Shown piece after piece: positions 62,561-64,000 of a stretch of DNA of 64,000 bases (positions are counted from its first letter, which is position 1; every line of letters begins with the position of its first letter). Where the stretch lies: NCBI GenBank assembly GCA_024679065.1, contig JAGIQG010000003.1, positions 88,784,001 through 88,848,000 on the forward strand. Direction: 5' to 3'. This stretch comes from Sphyrna mokarran (taxonomy: Eukaryota). The notes beneath the pieces were generated by a model, which saw only the letters and a program-made list of their open reading frames with translations, was not told where the DNA came from and did not search any database. A program made the translations under genes and the position numbers.

Positions 62561-64000
62561 CTGGGAAATTGCAGCTGGTTTCATATAGGATTTCTAATCC
62601 TCCAGTATTGTCCTTATTGGAATTACAGATTGATTTCCAGGATACTACCCGTAAATGCCACCAGACAAAAACCATGGTGACATTTCACTAAGTTTTCCAA
62701 TGAATATCTTTCATTTGTTAAGGAAAAAAAATATTGGTGGTGGGGCAAAACACTCTTTGAATGGTTGTCCTGAGTAATCCAATCTGGGGCTTGGGTAAGA
62801 TTCTCTTTTGAAGAGTTAGTGCAGACTCGAGGGGCCAAGTGGCCTCTTCTTGCTCTGCAGGGATCCTATGGACTCTTTTTCCTGCCGTCATGGCAATGCA
62901 CTGATGACTGCAGTGCAGAAATTAAAAAAAAGTCCAATTCCCTGATCAGCCTGTGGCTCAAAACAATTCGCACCGCAGTGTGGGATTCAACAGTAAATGA
63001 GCTCATGGAAAACACCCACTCCCAGGAAAACAGTTGCTTCTTGCTCACTGTTATTTTAAATATAAAAAAGTTACTTAGTCTCACTCTTGCTGCTGCATTA
63101 ATTAACAAGTACCTTGCCTACGTCTCTGACAACCTAAAATTCCCAGCTTGCTCCGACGCTCAGACCAGCCTACACTGTATTGCCAATGCTTCACAGTAAA
63201 GAGAGCTCTCTGCTTTCTCCACGCCATCATCCACCCCCTCAGCCACATCCACTGGTAATTACTGCTGAAGGTCACACATCAGCTGAGAGGCCAGAATTCC
63301 AGGAAACAAGCTGAGCTTATGTAACTGCATGACAAATGCTGGCAGCTGCCCAACAATCGTGCAGTTAGCAGGGGCGGAAAGTAGGACAACCTTCAGCAGC
63401 TACAGCACACTCCATTCGTTTTCCCCCTTCAGGAGAGAGAAAGCTTTCAACAACTTGGGGATATAATATGAATCAGCTGCAGCAGCTGTAAACGCTTTGC
63501 AATGCAGACAGTGACCTACTTGTGATTTGAATGTGAAGGGAGAGGAGGGAGTTCTTGTGCAGTGTGATCTTGTGCTAGTGATTTTGGTGTCCTAATCTGC
63601 ACCCGTAGGTTCAGATTTCTGCCTTTGATTGAAGTCCAATATCCTTTCCCTGCTGCAAACCAGACCAAAAAAAAAGCACACTTGGAGGTCTTGATTGCTC
63701 TTCTACAATCGTTAGAGGCCAAATTAGTGCCAACATACATTCCACTACAAAGCTACAGTTTCTCAATAACTGAAATCAGGACGCAGAGCAGAATTTCCAG
63801 TCTCTCAGCTTGATCACCTTGTTACCAGAGGCTAACGATAAACCCAACACACAGACTTCAGCTGCACCGACGGGCAATGTCTGCATCAAGAACCGCCTCC
63901 TTCATTTCGGACTGTCAATTCACTTCACGTCTCGTTAAACGATGTCTAAACTAGGAGACTGACACAGATGTCTTTTCTTCTTCACCCAAGCCGGTAGATG

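Noticed and set aside
63516-63560. ELPPLPSHSNHK resembling mammalian SII ELPPAPDSENATE
   Set aside because: No pyrimidine-rich acceptor, splice phases do not give a phase 0 to 0 exon, and similarity is limited to a Pro-rich 4-mer.
1-64000. Prokaryotic-style systems (CRISPR arrays, operons, defence islands) or a novel multi-gene system
   Set aside because: No regularly spaced repeats and no long ORFs; the sequence is explained by one spliced vertebrate gene plus retroposons.

Overview
This is intron-rich vertebrate genomic DNA, not prokaryotic. The repeat content (HE1-like V-SINEs, DeuSINE-like, CR1, L2, Rex1, RTE and Penelope-type relics) points to a cartilaginous fish, probably a shark. The window lies inside an inositol 1,4,5-trisphosphate receptor type 1 gene (ITPR1) on the minus strand. 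Five GT-AG exons splice in one consistent frame: 42014-42061 (48 nt, part of the neuronal SII alternative segment), 32549-32681, 23867-24057, 3986-4169 and 485-738. They encode about 270 aa of the coupling/regulatory region. The rest is intron, much of it decayed retroposons, and almost all ORF-track entries are spurious or TE relics. I see no solid evidence of a novel multi-gene system. The best leads are: a candidate 5-nt frameshifting microexon beside the SII exon; inverted SINEs bracketing a 438-nt exon pair that could circularise into a stop-free ORF; absence of the mammalian caspase-3 DEVD site and poly-Gly motif; a Penelope-derived fold-back with a broken hammerhead core; a SINE with two alternative 3' tails; and several candidate intronic enhancers. 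Repeat boundaries are approximate, and family names come from recognition, not database searches.
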